A program made the translations under genes and the position numbers. From NCBI GenBank assembly GCA_023393455.1, contig JAEWLJ010000017.1, positions 96,693 to 120,692 of the forward strand: 24,000 nucleotides of DNA, written 5' to 3'. This DNA comes from Methanobacteriota archaeon (GTDB lineage: Archaea > Halobacteriota > Methanomicrobia > Methanomicrobiales > Methanoculleaceae). The number at the start of each line of letters is the position of its first letter. The stretch's first letter is position 1. The notes under the pieces were generated by a model. That model was not told the DNA's origin, did no database searches, and saw only the letters and a list, made by a program, of their open reading frames with translations. Shown in pieces: positions 23,958 to 24,000 of the stretch.

Positions 23958-24000
23958 ATGGAGTCGACCTTCCGTGTCAGCCTTGACCGGGTCGAGGAGG
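23958..24000 (+). CDS. 5' fragment of a downstream ORF (MESTFRVSLDRVEE...), truncated by the window edge
   Basis: The ATG lies 2 nt after the preceding stop, with GGAGGGGTGAGG immediately upstream. Only 14 codons are visible. Confidence 0.3.
   Translation, partial: MESTFRVSLDRVEE

Noticed and set aside
1-24000. I looked for mobile elements, prophage genes, rRNA or tRNA genes, CRISPR arrays and toxin-antitoxin pairs.
   Set aside because: No transposase, integrase, terminal inverted repeat or cloverleaf was seen. The only TA-like component (the MNT-type NTase) has no HEPN partner in the window.

Overview
High-GC archaeal chromosome segment with methanogen gene content, consistent with Methanomicrobiales or Methanoculleus (inferred, not searched). 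Genes are tightly packed and there are no rRNA or tRNA genes, CRISPR arrays, transposases or integrases. Left to right: ilvE; a coenzyme F430 operon cfbA-cfbE-cfbD-cfbB on the minus strand, with no cfbC in the window; a ~350-bp unexplained non-coding stretch; a divergent, overlapping trio (DUS-like TIM barrel with Cys-rich tail, CitG-like, DUF447) that I tentatively link to methanopterin-type cofactor chemistry; four tandem single-domain fasciclin (FAS1) genes without signal peptides, each with its own TATA box; a minus-strand DNA-damage or defence cluster (frameshifted uvdE, Fe-S-cluster-less MutY-like glycosylase with a wHTH tail, a 1259-aa Cas4-type nuclease / SF1B helicase fusion, an HTH-nucleotidyltransferase); a fifth FAS1 protein that is secreted and sequon-rich; a thioredoxin-NHL propeller protein, a TIM-barrel protein and a small CxxC ORF; a UbiA prenyltransferase; a FilR1/DUF1724-type regulator; and a secreted MBL (ComEC-like) plus lamin-tail-domain lipoprotein. 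The best candidates for undescribed biology are the leaderless FAS1 array and the giant nuclease-helicase with its neighbours. All calls come from reading the ORF translations and the DNA by eye. No searches were run. Many long antisense ORFs are GC artefacts.
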